NCBI RefSeq assembly: GCF_000315625.1
Contig: NW_005434604.1
Span: forward strand, 1-64,000
DNA: 64,000 nt
Reading direction: 5' to 3'
From: Guillardia theta CCMP2712
Lineage: Eukaryota; Protista; Cryptophyta
The translations under genes were made by a program, and so were the position numbers. Within the stretch, counting starts at the first letter, position 1. Each line of letters opens with the position of its first letter. A model generated the notes under the pieces. The model made no database searches. It saw only the letters and a program-made list of their open reading frames with translations, and was not told the origin of the DNA. Below are positions 46,737 to 58,500 of this stretch, in pieces.

Positions 46737-48340
46737 ATGAATATCAGGTTGCACCTGAATTTATCGTGTAGAGGAAATTCTGCCTCATCGCCAATTCCAA
46801 CCCCCTTCCGATCATTGTCACCAACATCAGCTCCAGTGCCCTCCATGTCACCGCCACCACTACCAGGTCCGTCGCCAGCAGCTCGAGCAGCTGCCGCCAA
46901 AGTATCGGGCATGGTGAACCGAGACAAGCTCGAGCGAAGCATCGAATACAAGGAGATACTGCCCAAGGCTGTGACACAAGCTTCTGAAAGCAAGAAGGAT
47001 CCTCGTCAAGAGATATTGCACCTCTCAAGGCAAGTGACTCGTTATGCCTCTATGTTGGAGAGGAGTGTTCAAGACTTGGGTGAAACGCAAGTGGTGAGCA
47101 AATGGAAATACCATTCTGGATCTGCATCTGAATGTCAAGGGACAGGTTCAAGGAGGCGCTTCGGGGAAGAAGGAAAGGTGGGAGGTGCTGGGCTCGTTTG
47201 CCTTGATGATCCTTCCACAGGGGATCGCTCAAGATGAACGACCTTGTCCAGTTCGGGTTACAGTCGATACCCCTCCGTGCTGTGATCCAAGTAGTTGGGC
47301 ATTTCCTTTTGCAGAAAGAAAGGCATTGCTTGATCAACTTAGCAAGTGTGTCACACAGTGTGAGAGACGTAAGTCGATGACTGGCTTGACTGAGATGGCG
47401 CTGAATGCCTCTCCCGCAGCATCTTGTTCCGCTGTTGATCCTATACAAATGGGAAAAACTGCAGACCGCAAAACAGATGGCAGAGGCGGTGAATATGGAT
47501 GCCATAACATCTACGCAAGTCCCTCAGGTAAGATAGAATATGCCGGCCTGGAGGGTGATGGATACCTAGCAGGGGCTTCGTGCAGCAGTTTCGAGTGGAG
47601 TGACGGCTGTGACAAAGGTCAAGCTTGGCATTTCTCAACTACGAATGCAATGCTGACCATCAAGCCAGGGGCTGATGTCAATTAGGATTGGTGAGCATGC
47701 GTCGCTCCAGGTGATTGTGTTCCACGTGTGGTATGATGGTTCTGACTTTCATCAAGACAAAAGTGGAGGAGCTTGAAGATCTTGTTAACGGTCTCAAGAA
47801 AGAGAGAGAGCAGCTCTACGCACAGGTCAGGAGTGCCATGCGGGTTTTCAGCCACTGAGGATTGCAAAGATACAAGCAGATGCATTGATTAAGAAATTTC
47901 AAGATCAGAAAATCAAGGATTTAGAGGTAGGAGGCTTTTCAAAGGTTGTGAGATTCCAAGTTGTGTTGCCAGAATACAAAGAAGGATCCTTCCCTGCAAG
48001 CTTCAGAATCGACGATGAGAGCGCAGGAGCTCGAGAAATCTTGTGAAGAGCTGAGGTTATACTTACTTGTTCCGTCCCCCCAACGCAATTCCGCGCTCAA
48101 CGTTCCAACAGGAATCAGCTGGCGGAGTCGGAGAGACAGCTGCAAGAGGAGAGAGCGAAGCGGAAGCAGGTGGCCCCTGATAGCTTCCAAGGGTCCGATC
48201 ATCTCCTGACGTTGATGTAGGAGGAAGAGCATTTCCAGCGGGCAAAGAAGGTTATTGCGGTCAGCGACATGTAGCAAGTGATGACTCTAGCTGCACTTGC
48301 AGGTACTTGCGGCCGAGGTGCACAAGCTGAGGCAGCAGGT
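46737..48340 (+). CDS. Hypothetical multi-exon protein with C-terminal coiled coil
   Basis: Coding-like ORFs 46737-47237 and 47185-47685, followed by short coiled-coil exons; no family recognised. Confidence 0.4.
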
Positions 48341-49243
48341 CGGTCTGAATGGAAACGGGAATGGAAGCGCCTCCAAGTAGTAAAGCATTCTTCCTTATTA
48401 TGATCCGCTTCCCTTCACACCTTCTCGATTCGCACGCAACGTGTTGGCTCGGAAAGCACAACGGGACGGAGGTGTCCGTCTCTGCCATCACATTCATTCC
48501 TATCTTCAATCTTACTTGTGCTATGAACTTGTTTGTTACTACAACGCCTCGAGCAGGCTCGAGAGCGACACGGCGGGCAGCTGCGAGATTGTTCTCATCA
48601 CGTCGGCTCCTGCCTCTTGTCCCATATCCTTTCTGCTAGCTGGAACAGCAGAATGATACCCACAACAGCGCCCACGAACGTCAAGAGGAACATCCAGGGA
48701 GGAACGCCCTCGAAGGCCGAAGGCTTCTGCACTGCTAGCATGCGTCTGGGCGGGACCTTGACAAAATGCTCTGCAGGCCGCAACCATTCAATGCCGTCCA
48801 AGGGAACGCCAGCATGCATGTTTCTTGCCGTCTCGAACGATCGAGCAGTCACCAGAGGAGGACCCTTCTGGACGTACACGTACTGCAACGTGGGACGATC
48901 TGGTTGACTTCTATGATATTCTATGGGGACATCTTCTGTTTCAAACAGCGTCAGGAAAGGGAGGGGGCCTCGTAGCATTTCGCCTTGCCTGTGTTTTGCT
49001 GCCTCGAGTCTACTGCTCCCGCGAACAGAACCAGGACCAATAGAACGTTGGGGAGCCAACTTCGACAACAGCCTGCTAGGATACGAAACACATGTCAGCT
49101 GCCATGTTCACGTTCTCGGAGACACGGAAGAACAGCAACTCATTCACGAGTTCCACGCAAGTATTACGAAGTCTGCTAAACACGCAACATGGACATGGCA
49201 GAGTCTGCTCCTTCGCATCTACATGATCGCCCCTCCACGCTCA
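48261..49243 (-). CDS. Hypothetical single-pass membrane protein
   Basis: ORF 48598-49068 with TM WMFLLTFVGAVVGIILLF; flanking exons uncertain. Confidence 0.45.
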
Positions 49244-49383
49244 CAACCGCCTCACCTGCTGCCATGGCGCCCCTTCGCTGGGTTTAGTTCAGCAACCTAA
49301 TCATCGATACCGGCCCGGGCCCCGGCGTCACTGGCTGGTTGACCAATAATTATAATCGTCCTTTTTGAAATTTTCCCGCCGCC

Positions 49384-51255
49384 ATGGCGGGCGTAGGGTT
49401 CGGCGGCCGGGCAAGGTAGGCTGATTCGGCCATGCTGGTGGTGGATGGGTTGCCGCAGTCCTGCGCTTTAGTGTGAGAGATGGAAATCTTGTCTTGTGAT
49501 TCAAGTACGAGCGAATAATGCAGTTGTGTGTGCATGGAATGGATTGGAGGCGGTTTCGTCCAATTTCAGATATTGGTCTTCGGCTCTATCACTGACAGTT
49601 TGGTCATCGGAGCAGGGAGATGCCCATCTTCTTTCCTCTCTTGTTTTTGATGACGGTGATACGTCTGATGGCTGAAAGGAAGCGTGCTGAACTGTTTGGC
49701 AGGTGGTCTTTCTTCCAACCTCCCGATCTCTCGAGTCTCAGAGGACGCAGGGTGAAGGATGTTTGCAGCAGTTAGATGGTGATCCTTATTTCGTGATCAG
49801 GTTGCATGTCGTTCATTCCCGTCAAGCATTTACTCCCCGGACACGACCGATCCTCAAAGTCGGCTGTCAACTCACGACGAGTCGGATGCAGATCGCTGCA
49901 GTCTAACGATGGGCAGGATGAGGTTGACAGCGCCGCGCAATGGCAGGGTGGAGACGAGAGGCGAAGAGCGATGCAAGAGAAGCTGGCGAAGTGGAAGGAG
50001 GAGGCCGAGCTTGCTCGCCTCCGTGATCCCGACAGCGCTGTGACGAGGGCAGCAAAGATGTTTGAGAACGGCGAGAACGAGTTCCTCTCCAACACTTCCC
50101 CTCGGGGGATGGCTGTGAACAGGATGGTGAAGCTGAAGGATACCGAGCGGAGGTATGAGATCTCGTCTGATTTGCGGAAGAAGAGGCTGGAGGAGCTGAG
50201 CACGGCCGGCTCAAAGCTGCAGGACAAGAAGAGTGAGACGCAGGAGCAGTTCGAGCAGTTTGCGCAGACCTACGACTCCCCAACAGACATTGACGAGCTT
50301 GAAAGAGAAGCCATGGATCGCAGGCCAACCACCAAGATCACGTCGAAGCTGGAGGTATGGCGCAAGGCAGCAGAGGATGCGCGATCCAAGGATGTCCGAA
50401 GGCTCCTCTTCGATCTGCTCACTGGGACCTTCTACGGGGTGGCTTACGTGATTGGATGGATCTTGAGGAAGCCAATCAATTTGTCGCCAAGAGCAGGGAC
50501 GCCCAAAGTTGTCGACCCAGGCGAACTTCTTGAAATGTGAGAGAGCTTCAGAGCAGTTCTGCCTGTTCCTTTTTCACTATTTGATGTGTCAGGAGGATGA
50601 ATATGAGAGGCAGCGCCGATTACTATCAAACGATGGCCGATGAGGTTTGCCTTGCTCTCTCTTTCGTGTTTTTCGTCATAACCTCGTGTGCAGGAAAGCG
50701 TCTTCCTTCAGAACAAACTGAAATCAAAGTAGAGCCCGTGTTCTCCCTTTTCATGACGCTCCCTGACGCTCCGCATCCGAATCAGCTGGGGAAAGAAGAG
50801 TCAGAAAGGCTCGTCTCTTCAGCTCAAGAACAAGTGATGCATCCTGTGAAAATTCTGCAGCAAGTGAACTCCTGCCATGCAGGGTCATCGCTCTCATCTC
50901 CGAGGACGACGGGCAGGCCCTCGAAGAGCTGCTGAGAGACTCGGTCGACTCCCCTCAGGTGGAGCGATTCTGTGCCTGCAGCGGGATGACGCGCTGCTAG
51001 GACTATCAGACTATGCTGGGCTTTAGTGATTCGCCCTCCTTCCTCCCCCTGGCCATCGCGATCAAGCAGAATCGGCCTTATGCATTGGAGGTGAGCATGT
51101 TTCTGTCGAGGGGAGGGAGGTTGACGGCAGGACAGGTTCTCTTGAAGGCAGGGAGCAACATGAAGGCTGTGGATGAGGCGGGTCGCTCCATGCTCGAGCT
51201 GGCTCGGGAGGTGGGGAATGCGGAGATGGAGAAGCTTGTCAGCGAGTACATGTAG
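49384..51255 (+). CDS. Multi-exon protein with coiled coil, hydrophobic segment and C-terminal ankyrin repeats
   Basis: ORF 49806-50540; last exons LPLAIAIKQNRPYALE|VLLKAGSNMKAVDEAGRSMLELAREVGNAEMEKLV match the ankyrin consensus. Start uncertain. Confidence 0.6.
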
Positions 51256-51467
51256 GAGGGAGGATTGAGCTCTCCCCTTTATGTCTATGTGCATTGAAAT
51301 TTTTGTCATTTATCGCATGATGCCTGGCATCGCTAAAGTTTTCCTCCTCCGCTCTCGCAAGTCGTCAAGCAGCTTCATGGAAGGAAGTTCTCCTGGTGGG
51401 AACCCTTGCTCTGCCAATCAGCATGCAAACAATGCTCATTCTCCCTCTCCCTCCCTCCTCCCCCCCC

Positions 51468-51567
51468 NNNNNNNNNNNNNNNNNNNNNNNNNNNNNNNNN
51501 NNNNNNNNNNNNNNNNNNNNNNNNNNNNNNNNNNNNNNNNNNNNNNNNNNNNNNNNNNNNNNNNNNN
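51468..51567. other. Assembly gap (100 N) within C-rich low-complexity DNA
   Basis: Run of N. Confidence 1.
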
Positions 51568-51736
51568 CCCCTCCCTCCCTCCCTCCCTCCCTCCCCTCCC
51601 TCCCCTCCCCCTCCCTCCCCCTCCCTCCCTCCCCTCCCTCCCTCCCTCCCTCTCCCTTCACCTTGTCCATCGACTTGCATGGCGTAGTCTGGGACTTCTG
51701 ACAGTGAGCATTCTTCATGTCCTACCAGTCGCTGCG

Positions 51737-54736
51737 CTTCAAGTCAGGGAAAGAAGGAGAGGGGAGCGAGACAGCACGGTCGCGTTCATGCTGGCGGGGG
51801 CGAGGAAGGGATTGAACTTGCATATCGCTGCTCTGTCCTTGTAGTGGTCGATCTGGGGAGGCAAGTCATGCCTGCTCCTCTTCTTCCCCATCAGCAGCAC
51901 ACCTGTAGGAACAGATCGAGGTCTTCGTCCTCCGGAAAGCCGTTGACGCTCGCCAGGCCGACCCAGGAGGAGGAGACGACGCCTCCGCTCCAGCGCCAGT
52001 GAGGTTTGAAGGTTTCTGCTGCAGCAGCAGATCAGTCGGCAACATGCAGCTGCTCTTCCTCGCCTTGTGCGTCGGCAGGAAACAGCGGCAGGGCCTCGTC
52101 AAGGAGCTTGACCCTGCTCAGGTCCCGGAGCCCCTCCTCCTGCAGCTGAACTGCTCTCTCGGGATATGACAAGATTGCGTTGATCGTCTACAGAAGCGTC
52201 ACCACAGCTCTTCGCTCTCATCCTCGAGTGTCTTACAGTTGTCTTCATCTCCTCCCCGAGCTCGCATGAGGGGCAGAACCACCTCAACGTCCTACGGGAG
52301 ATCAAGGGTGAACATGTTCAAGTGACCGTGGAAGGAATCGAACTCCTCACCTCTCAACAAAATCGCTGCCAAGATGAACGCAGCCAGTGACAAAAGTGAT
52401 AACGCTGCTCCTGCCAGGAGGACCTCTCTCGTTCAGTGCATGCGGACGTGACCGGAAACATCTCAGTCACCTCGTCTCTCGCAAGACCTTGTTCAGCGAT
52501 GCCCCGATGTTTGAACAATCCACTGAATTCACCGTGTAAGACCAAACAGAGGATTGGCCTCCTCAACGTTTGAAAACAAATACCTACGACAACGTTCACG
52601 GTAGTCAAATCTCCCCTGATCACTTCAGCCTCCTCTTCCGAGCATGCCGAGAAGAAAGCCTCCCATGAAGTTTTCTTTCCCTTGCCTACTGTCTGAGCTT
52701 GCAGAGAGGACAAGAGGCTGTAAGACACGGTAAGTCAGTTGAGCAATCCCACCCCGGTCGTCAGTAGCATCACCTTTCTACAGCTGATCGGCTCCTCGTG
52801 AAGCCTCCCAACGGCGGCACGATGAAGCTGATGGAGTGGAGCTTGTGGCGGAGGAGGTCGAAATTCTCGTACGGATGCTTCACCATCTCGCTCGGTGGGT
52901 CGAAGTCGGGGATCACGTGCCATTCGTGCAGCATCCTCAAAGCGCCGATCTCAGCAAAGTAGCCGTAACCTTGCCAAGGGCGTCAAGGGTGGAGGTCGGG
53001 TTCAGAAAGACAGGAACAGGTTCACACCTTTCTCCTCGAACCATCCCTGTGAGACGCGTCACAACCCACTCCAACAGCAGCAGCACAGCACGCAACCTCC
53101 AGGATTGGGATCCTCCAGTTGTCCAGCTGCTCGAAGAGCCCGGGAGTGAAGAAGTCGGAGTACCCGTCGAACCAAGAAGAGGGAACAGTCGCTACTCGCT
53201 CGCCCACCGTGTCCAGGGAGCCCGAGTACCGCACGTTGATCTCTCCTGCTGCTCGTCAGCTGGACAGGTCGCAGTCAGTCCTCAGGCAATAATGACCTAT
53301 CGGCTTGTCCGGGAGCTGAATTCTTTCAAAACACTTGTACCAGGCCTGTCATGTTCTACATGTTCAACTGATATTCGTATACCTCGATGCTACCTGCTTG
53401 AGAATGAAATTTCTCCAATCAACGAATTGAAAGTGTAGGAGACCAATCTGTTCATGCAATTCAATATACCTCCTTCACACACCTGCTCTTTCTCTGCTAA
53501 TCCTCTCTCCATCAAACTCCCTGACGCACTGCCTGCCCTCTCCTCTTCTCAAATCACCTCGATGTCTCTCAGCAAAACACTCCCTCGGAACAGCTCCTGC
53601 AATGAAATCAGCCTCTCATCTCACTTATGCGCATCTCTACCTCTGGAATCCGACGGGTGTGAATGAATTCTCCCTCATACCAGGAAGTCCCATCATCTGA
53701 ATCTTATCTTCAGCCTCCCTCCCCTTTCTCCCCCCTGCGCTACCTCGGAAGATACAAGGCATCATTTGCGATCCCAGCACCTCTGCCATGACTGTGAAGT
53801 GAGAAAATTCCCATACAGCTCCTCCTCATGTACCATGAACGATTCCCTCCCCGTCATACAGCCGGTCTATCCTGCGCGGCTCGTCAGCTCCGCAAGCACG
53901 CCTGCACACCGAAGAGGAGGGCTGAAAATCTTGCCTGTAGTACTGTGTGCTCTTCCATAGCTGGATCCAGTGCAGTGCTATGTTCTGGCCGACCTGTCAA
54001 GTTGTATCATGAGAATCATCCCAGGGCAGAGCTTGAAGAACCTCGAGGGAAAGAATCTGCTTCCTCAGCTCGTCATCCTCTGCAAGGTTTGCTGTGAACG
54101 CCTCGTCCTACACCTTGCGGTCATCATATGAACAAGCGCCAGAGCACGCCTGGATCCAACCGCGTCCAGCACGATGAAGTGTGTCCCCCCTACATCCCTC
54201 CCTGCCTCCAGCAGCATGTTGCGATCTGCAGTCTCGTTGCGTGACCAGCTGCCATCCTTGTCGATAGCATCAGGAGGGTCAGGACTCTTCCAAGTCAAGT
54301 ACCTTGGTGATAATCCTTTCGACCCTACAGTCGCTTGCAAGGGACCTGACGACCTCAACCGTCCGGTCATCGGAGGAGTCGTCAAGCACGACGATGGAGT
54401 CGGTGAAGGCTGCGAGAGCTTGGAGGCAGAAGCCGATCCTCCTCTCCTCGTTCCTCACAGGAACCAGCCCCACGATCTTGAAAACTTCATCTGCATGCAA
54501 AATCACAATCATGAACAAGTCAGAAGTCGTCTTCATCCACAACGTACTGGCAGCTTTTATTGTTCTTCCTCTGCCACGGCATTCCTTCCTCATCATCCTT
54601 TGCCTCGTCCTCCTCGTCCTCTTCGTCCTCCTCGTCCTCCTCGTCCTCCACCCTTAAATCCTTGCTTTCATAGTCGTCCTCGTTCATCCCTTCCTCCTCA
54701 ACTTTCACATCTTCCTCTTCGTCCTCCCCATCCTCA

Positions 54737-54773
<37 letters not shown>

Positions 54774-54859
54774 TCTTCGCTTCCTTCTCCGCCTTCTTCT
54801 TCCTCACCTTCGCTAGCGACTGCGCATACCGCCAACACCACAACGACCAGCGGGCGCAT
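51737..54859 (-). CDS. Secretory-pathway GT2-family glycosyltransferase, multi-exon
   Basis: Signal MRPLVVVVLAVCAVASE; intron 54491-54807; IVGLVPVRNEERRIGFCLQALAAFTDSIVVLDDSSDDRTVEV; DRNMLLEAGR..GGTHFIVLDA|DEAF (DxD); ALHWIQLWKS; FIHTRRIP; LLHFQFVDW; AWYKCFERI. C-terminal exons approximate. Confidence 0.8.
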
Positions 54860-54879
54860 TCACCACCCTCATCCCCGCT

Positions 54880-54975
54880 CAACCTCCGGTCCAGGCTCCG
54901 GTCTGGCTCCGGTGCTGAGGCCCGGCTTTGAAAGCCTCAGTGAGTCCCGGGCCCGGGCTATCCGGGCTGCCACGG
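54880..54975. promoter_or_regulatory. Small CCGG-rich island immediately upstream of the GT2 gene
   Basis: ctccggtccaggctccgg...cccgggcccggg. Confidence 0.4.
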
Positions 54976-55591
54976 GTGTTCATCTCCACGACCGAGTGTG
55001 CGATCAGGACCATGTCATCGGGAAATGACAAGTTGATGGGATGTTAAGGTGGATTTTCTTTTTCCAGTCATTTAAGATATCTAAAGACTAACAAAACGCC
55101 GAGACTAAAGGCAGAACAACCTAGCAACGAGCTCACTGGCATGCCGTGATGGCTGAAAAAGCCAAAGACGCCACGACACGCTAGAGCCGGCCATGGTTCA
55201 AACCCTTCCCAACCTGTACGCGAACGCCTGGGGGGAGGAGCGAGGACAAGTCATGCTCTTGTCTTGCCCAGGTAACGTTTGCTTGCAGATATTGCGCAAG
55301 AATGTTTTCTGCTGCAAAAGTTGGATAGGCAAGTGGAAGAAGGTGCCTTCAATATCTGAAATGGGTAAAACACTCGTCCTGGAGTAGTAGCCTACTTGAG
55401 GTGGTCGCCTCCATGCCTTCTGGAAGCTCACCCACCCTGCCTACTTTCACCAAGTAAAACTTTTGTGCTGCGGAACAGGCGGATGAATCATTTTTGTGAG
55501 CTCCCTCGTTCTTTCAAAGATGTGTTGTTTCTCTCCCCATGTGAAGGGGCAGCCTTTGTTACTGGCTGGCTTGATTCGAATCCCTAGGTAT

Positions 55592-58500
55592 TTAAAGCAC
55601 TTCGTCGGTGGTAGTTTCACAAACTCCTTGCCGAAGAACTAGATCATCATGTGGCCACTTAGAGCAATGTGAACACTTCCTCTCCGACCCTGCAAGGCCC
55701 AGGCTCGAGTCAGCTGGGAAAGAGCTGGGGGGTTTTGCAAGAAGCACCTCATACTCTGAGAGGACCTCATGGAGGGAGGGCCCTCGTCGCCAGAGGCAGG
55801 AGCTTGTCTCTGCCCCTCCGTGCTCTGATGAAGATGATGATCCAGCGCTGCCCGCGTGCCGAAGCCCATGCCGCAGGTGCACTAGGAAGAGATCAGTTGT
55901 TGTTGTTGATGATGATCATGAAGACGGAGACAACGACGATGATGAAGATGAGAAGATCGTGAGGAGGAGCAGGAGAGAGAAGGAGGCAGGGAGTGAGTGT
56001 GAGTGAGGGAGTCAGGGAGGGAGGGAGGGAGAGAAGAGGAGGAGGAGTAGTGGGAGGGGGATGAGAAGGACTAACTTCGAAGGGAGACCAGCCGAGCCCT
56101 TCTGCCCGAGCGGAGTGAACGATTGGAGCCGGACTGTCAGTCAGGCCCTGTTGAAAGCGACGAATGAGTGCAGGAGGAGGAGGAGAAGAAGAGTTTGGAG
56201 AGTTGACCTTCTCCTGGGACTCGATGCCCGAGCTGAGAACATGGGCAGGAGGACGAGGAGGAGGAATGGCCGGCTTCTGATCGTAGTGCGGAATGAGCGG
56301 AGGAGGAGCAGGGGCTGGGGGAAGAGCGTTGATGAAGTGGACGTCGGCAAAGTTCTCCTGGGAAGGATGTCAAGATATGAGTCAGTGTGATGGGGAATAT
56401 GGAGCAGTAGTAGGAGGAGGAGCACTAGACAAGGAGGAGTGAAGGAGGAGCAGTGAAGGAGGAGGAGCGAAGGAGAAATGGAGGAAAGAAAAGGAGAAGA
56501 GCATACTCTGAGATGCTTGATGGCATCGACCTGGAAGACGACATCTCTTTCTGAAACCTGTTGGAGCCATTTGATGAGATCTCGAGTAAAGTTGTGGAAG
56601 AGAAGGAAGGGGAGGAGGAGTGGCAATGATGAGATGTGACATAGTGAGGGGAAGGAGAAAAGAGGGGATAACAAGGTGCTCTCGCCATCTTTTGCGCTGT
56701 TGACACGATCACGTCCTCGTCCGCTTTTAGCTTTCTTGACATCTGACCAACAGCAGGTGAGAAGAGGAAAGGCAGCACAAGAGGAGCAAGAGGAGCAAGA
56801 GGAGCAAGAGGAGCAAAAGCAGAAGGAAGCGGAGCAGGAGGAAGAGGAGGAGGAGGGAGAGGAGAAGGAGGAAGAGGAGAAGAACAAGCGGAAGGGAGAC
56901 GAGAGAGGAGGAAGGGAGAGGAGTAACCTGGACTGAGAGCTCCTGCACTGCTACTTCACATTTCTTGTTCATCGTCATTTCTTCCTCCCGCAACGCCTGA
57001 AGACGGAGAGAGAAGGTAGAGGAAGTGAGAACAGTGAAGGTAACCAGAGAAATGCCCAGAGATAGTCAGATAAGCGAGGAGAAGAGGAGGAGGGAGATGT
57101 GGAGATCGGGAAGTCAAGAGGAAGAGGAAGTTGTGGATAGAGAGGAGAGGAGAAGAGGGAGAAAGAGGACGGGGAGAGAGGAGAGTAGTAAAGGTGAGAA
57201 AAGTCAGCAGGTATGAGTGTGAGGAGGAAGATTAGAGTTGGCGAAGTTGCTTACTATCTGCAGGTTTTGATTCATCTTGCGCTTTATCAGCTTCTCGTGT
57301 TGCCTGAGATCGAAGTCAGTCCCTCAGGAGGATCAAGGGGAGGAGGAAGAAGCGGAAGAAGAGGAAGAAGAAGATAAGGAGGAGCAAGAAGAGGAAGAAG
57401 AGGAAGAAAAAGATAAGGAGGAGCAAGAAGAGGAAGAAGAGGAAGAAGAAGATAAGGAGGAGCAAGAAGAGGAAGAGGAAGAAGAGGAAGAGGAAGAGAA
57501 GAGGAAGAGGAAGAAGAGGAAGAGGAAGAGGAAGAGGAAGAAGAGGAAGAAGAAGATAAGGAGGAGCAAGAAGAGGAAGAGGAGGAAGAGGACGATAGGG
57601 AGTCGGATGCGAGAAGGATGAGCTGCTAGAGTGGGGCGAAGAACGACCTCCATTCCTTCTCCCACTCAGAGTACGCCAGGAGCTCTTGCTCGACCTGGTG
57701 CTTCTCCTCCTGCGCCTTCAGGAGCTGCGAAAGGCGATGCCATGTCAGAGGCAAGTCAAGAGAACGACAGGAGGGGAGGAGGAGGATGAGGAGGGAGGAA
57801 GATAGACAGAAAGAGAGAGGATGACGCGGATAGAGCGAGAGAAAGGAGGAGGATGTCTTGGAGGACATTGGTAGTGGAGAGCGAACAAGGGATCTGATGA
57901 AGGAGGGAAACACGAGGAGGGGGTGGGATGGGGGGAAGAGAAGGTTGTAGGGAGCAGCGAAGAGGGCCGAGGAGTCTTCACCATCTCCTGCAGCTGCTGT
58001 TTCTCCTCCTGCCACCTCAGCAGCATGTTCTGCATCCGCAGAGACTCTTGCGCCACCACAATCTCGCGGTTCTGCTGTGCGCTGCTCAGCCCCTTCCTTG
58101 CTATGGCGAGCGCTTCTTTGAGCATGGCCGGCGACATTCTCCTCAGGAAACTTGACTGTGAGCTCTCCTCCACCATAGTCTCTTTCGTCCTCGTCGGCAG
58201 CACCATGCTGGTGGTGCGGAGGAGCGGGGCAGTGCCATGGAGGACGCGGGGGGACTTGGAGGGACCGACGGACTTGGGGCTGTCGATAGGAGGACGAGAG
58301 AGGGGGAGGCTGGACATGGTCCTGGAGAAGGTCGGGCCCGGGGAGGGGATGGAGAGCTTGCGCTCGAGCATGCGGAAGGAGGTGGAGGCAGAGGAGATGG
58401 TTCTCTTTAGGGCCTCCTGCCTGCTGGTGGGAGGCTGACGCATCTGGACCTCCTCCTCCTCCTCCTTGAGCTCCATCGGGATCATGGCGACGAGCTGGGC

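Noticed and set aside
54520-54882. Acidic D/E-rich 120-aa ORF
   Set aside because: Lies mostly within the predicted GT2 intron 54491-54807; low-complexity (GAN)n sequence
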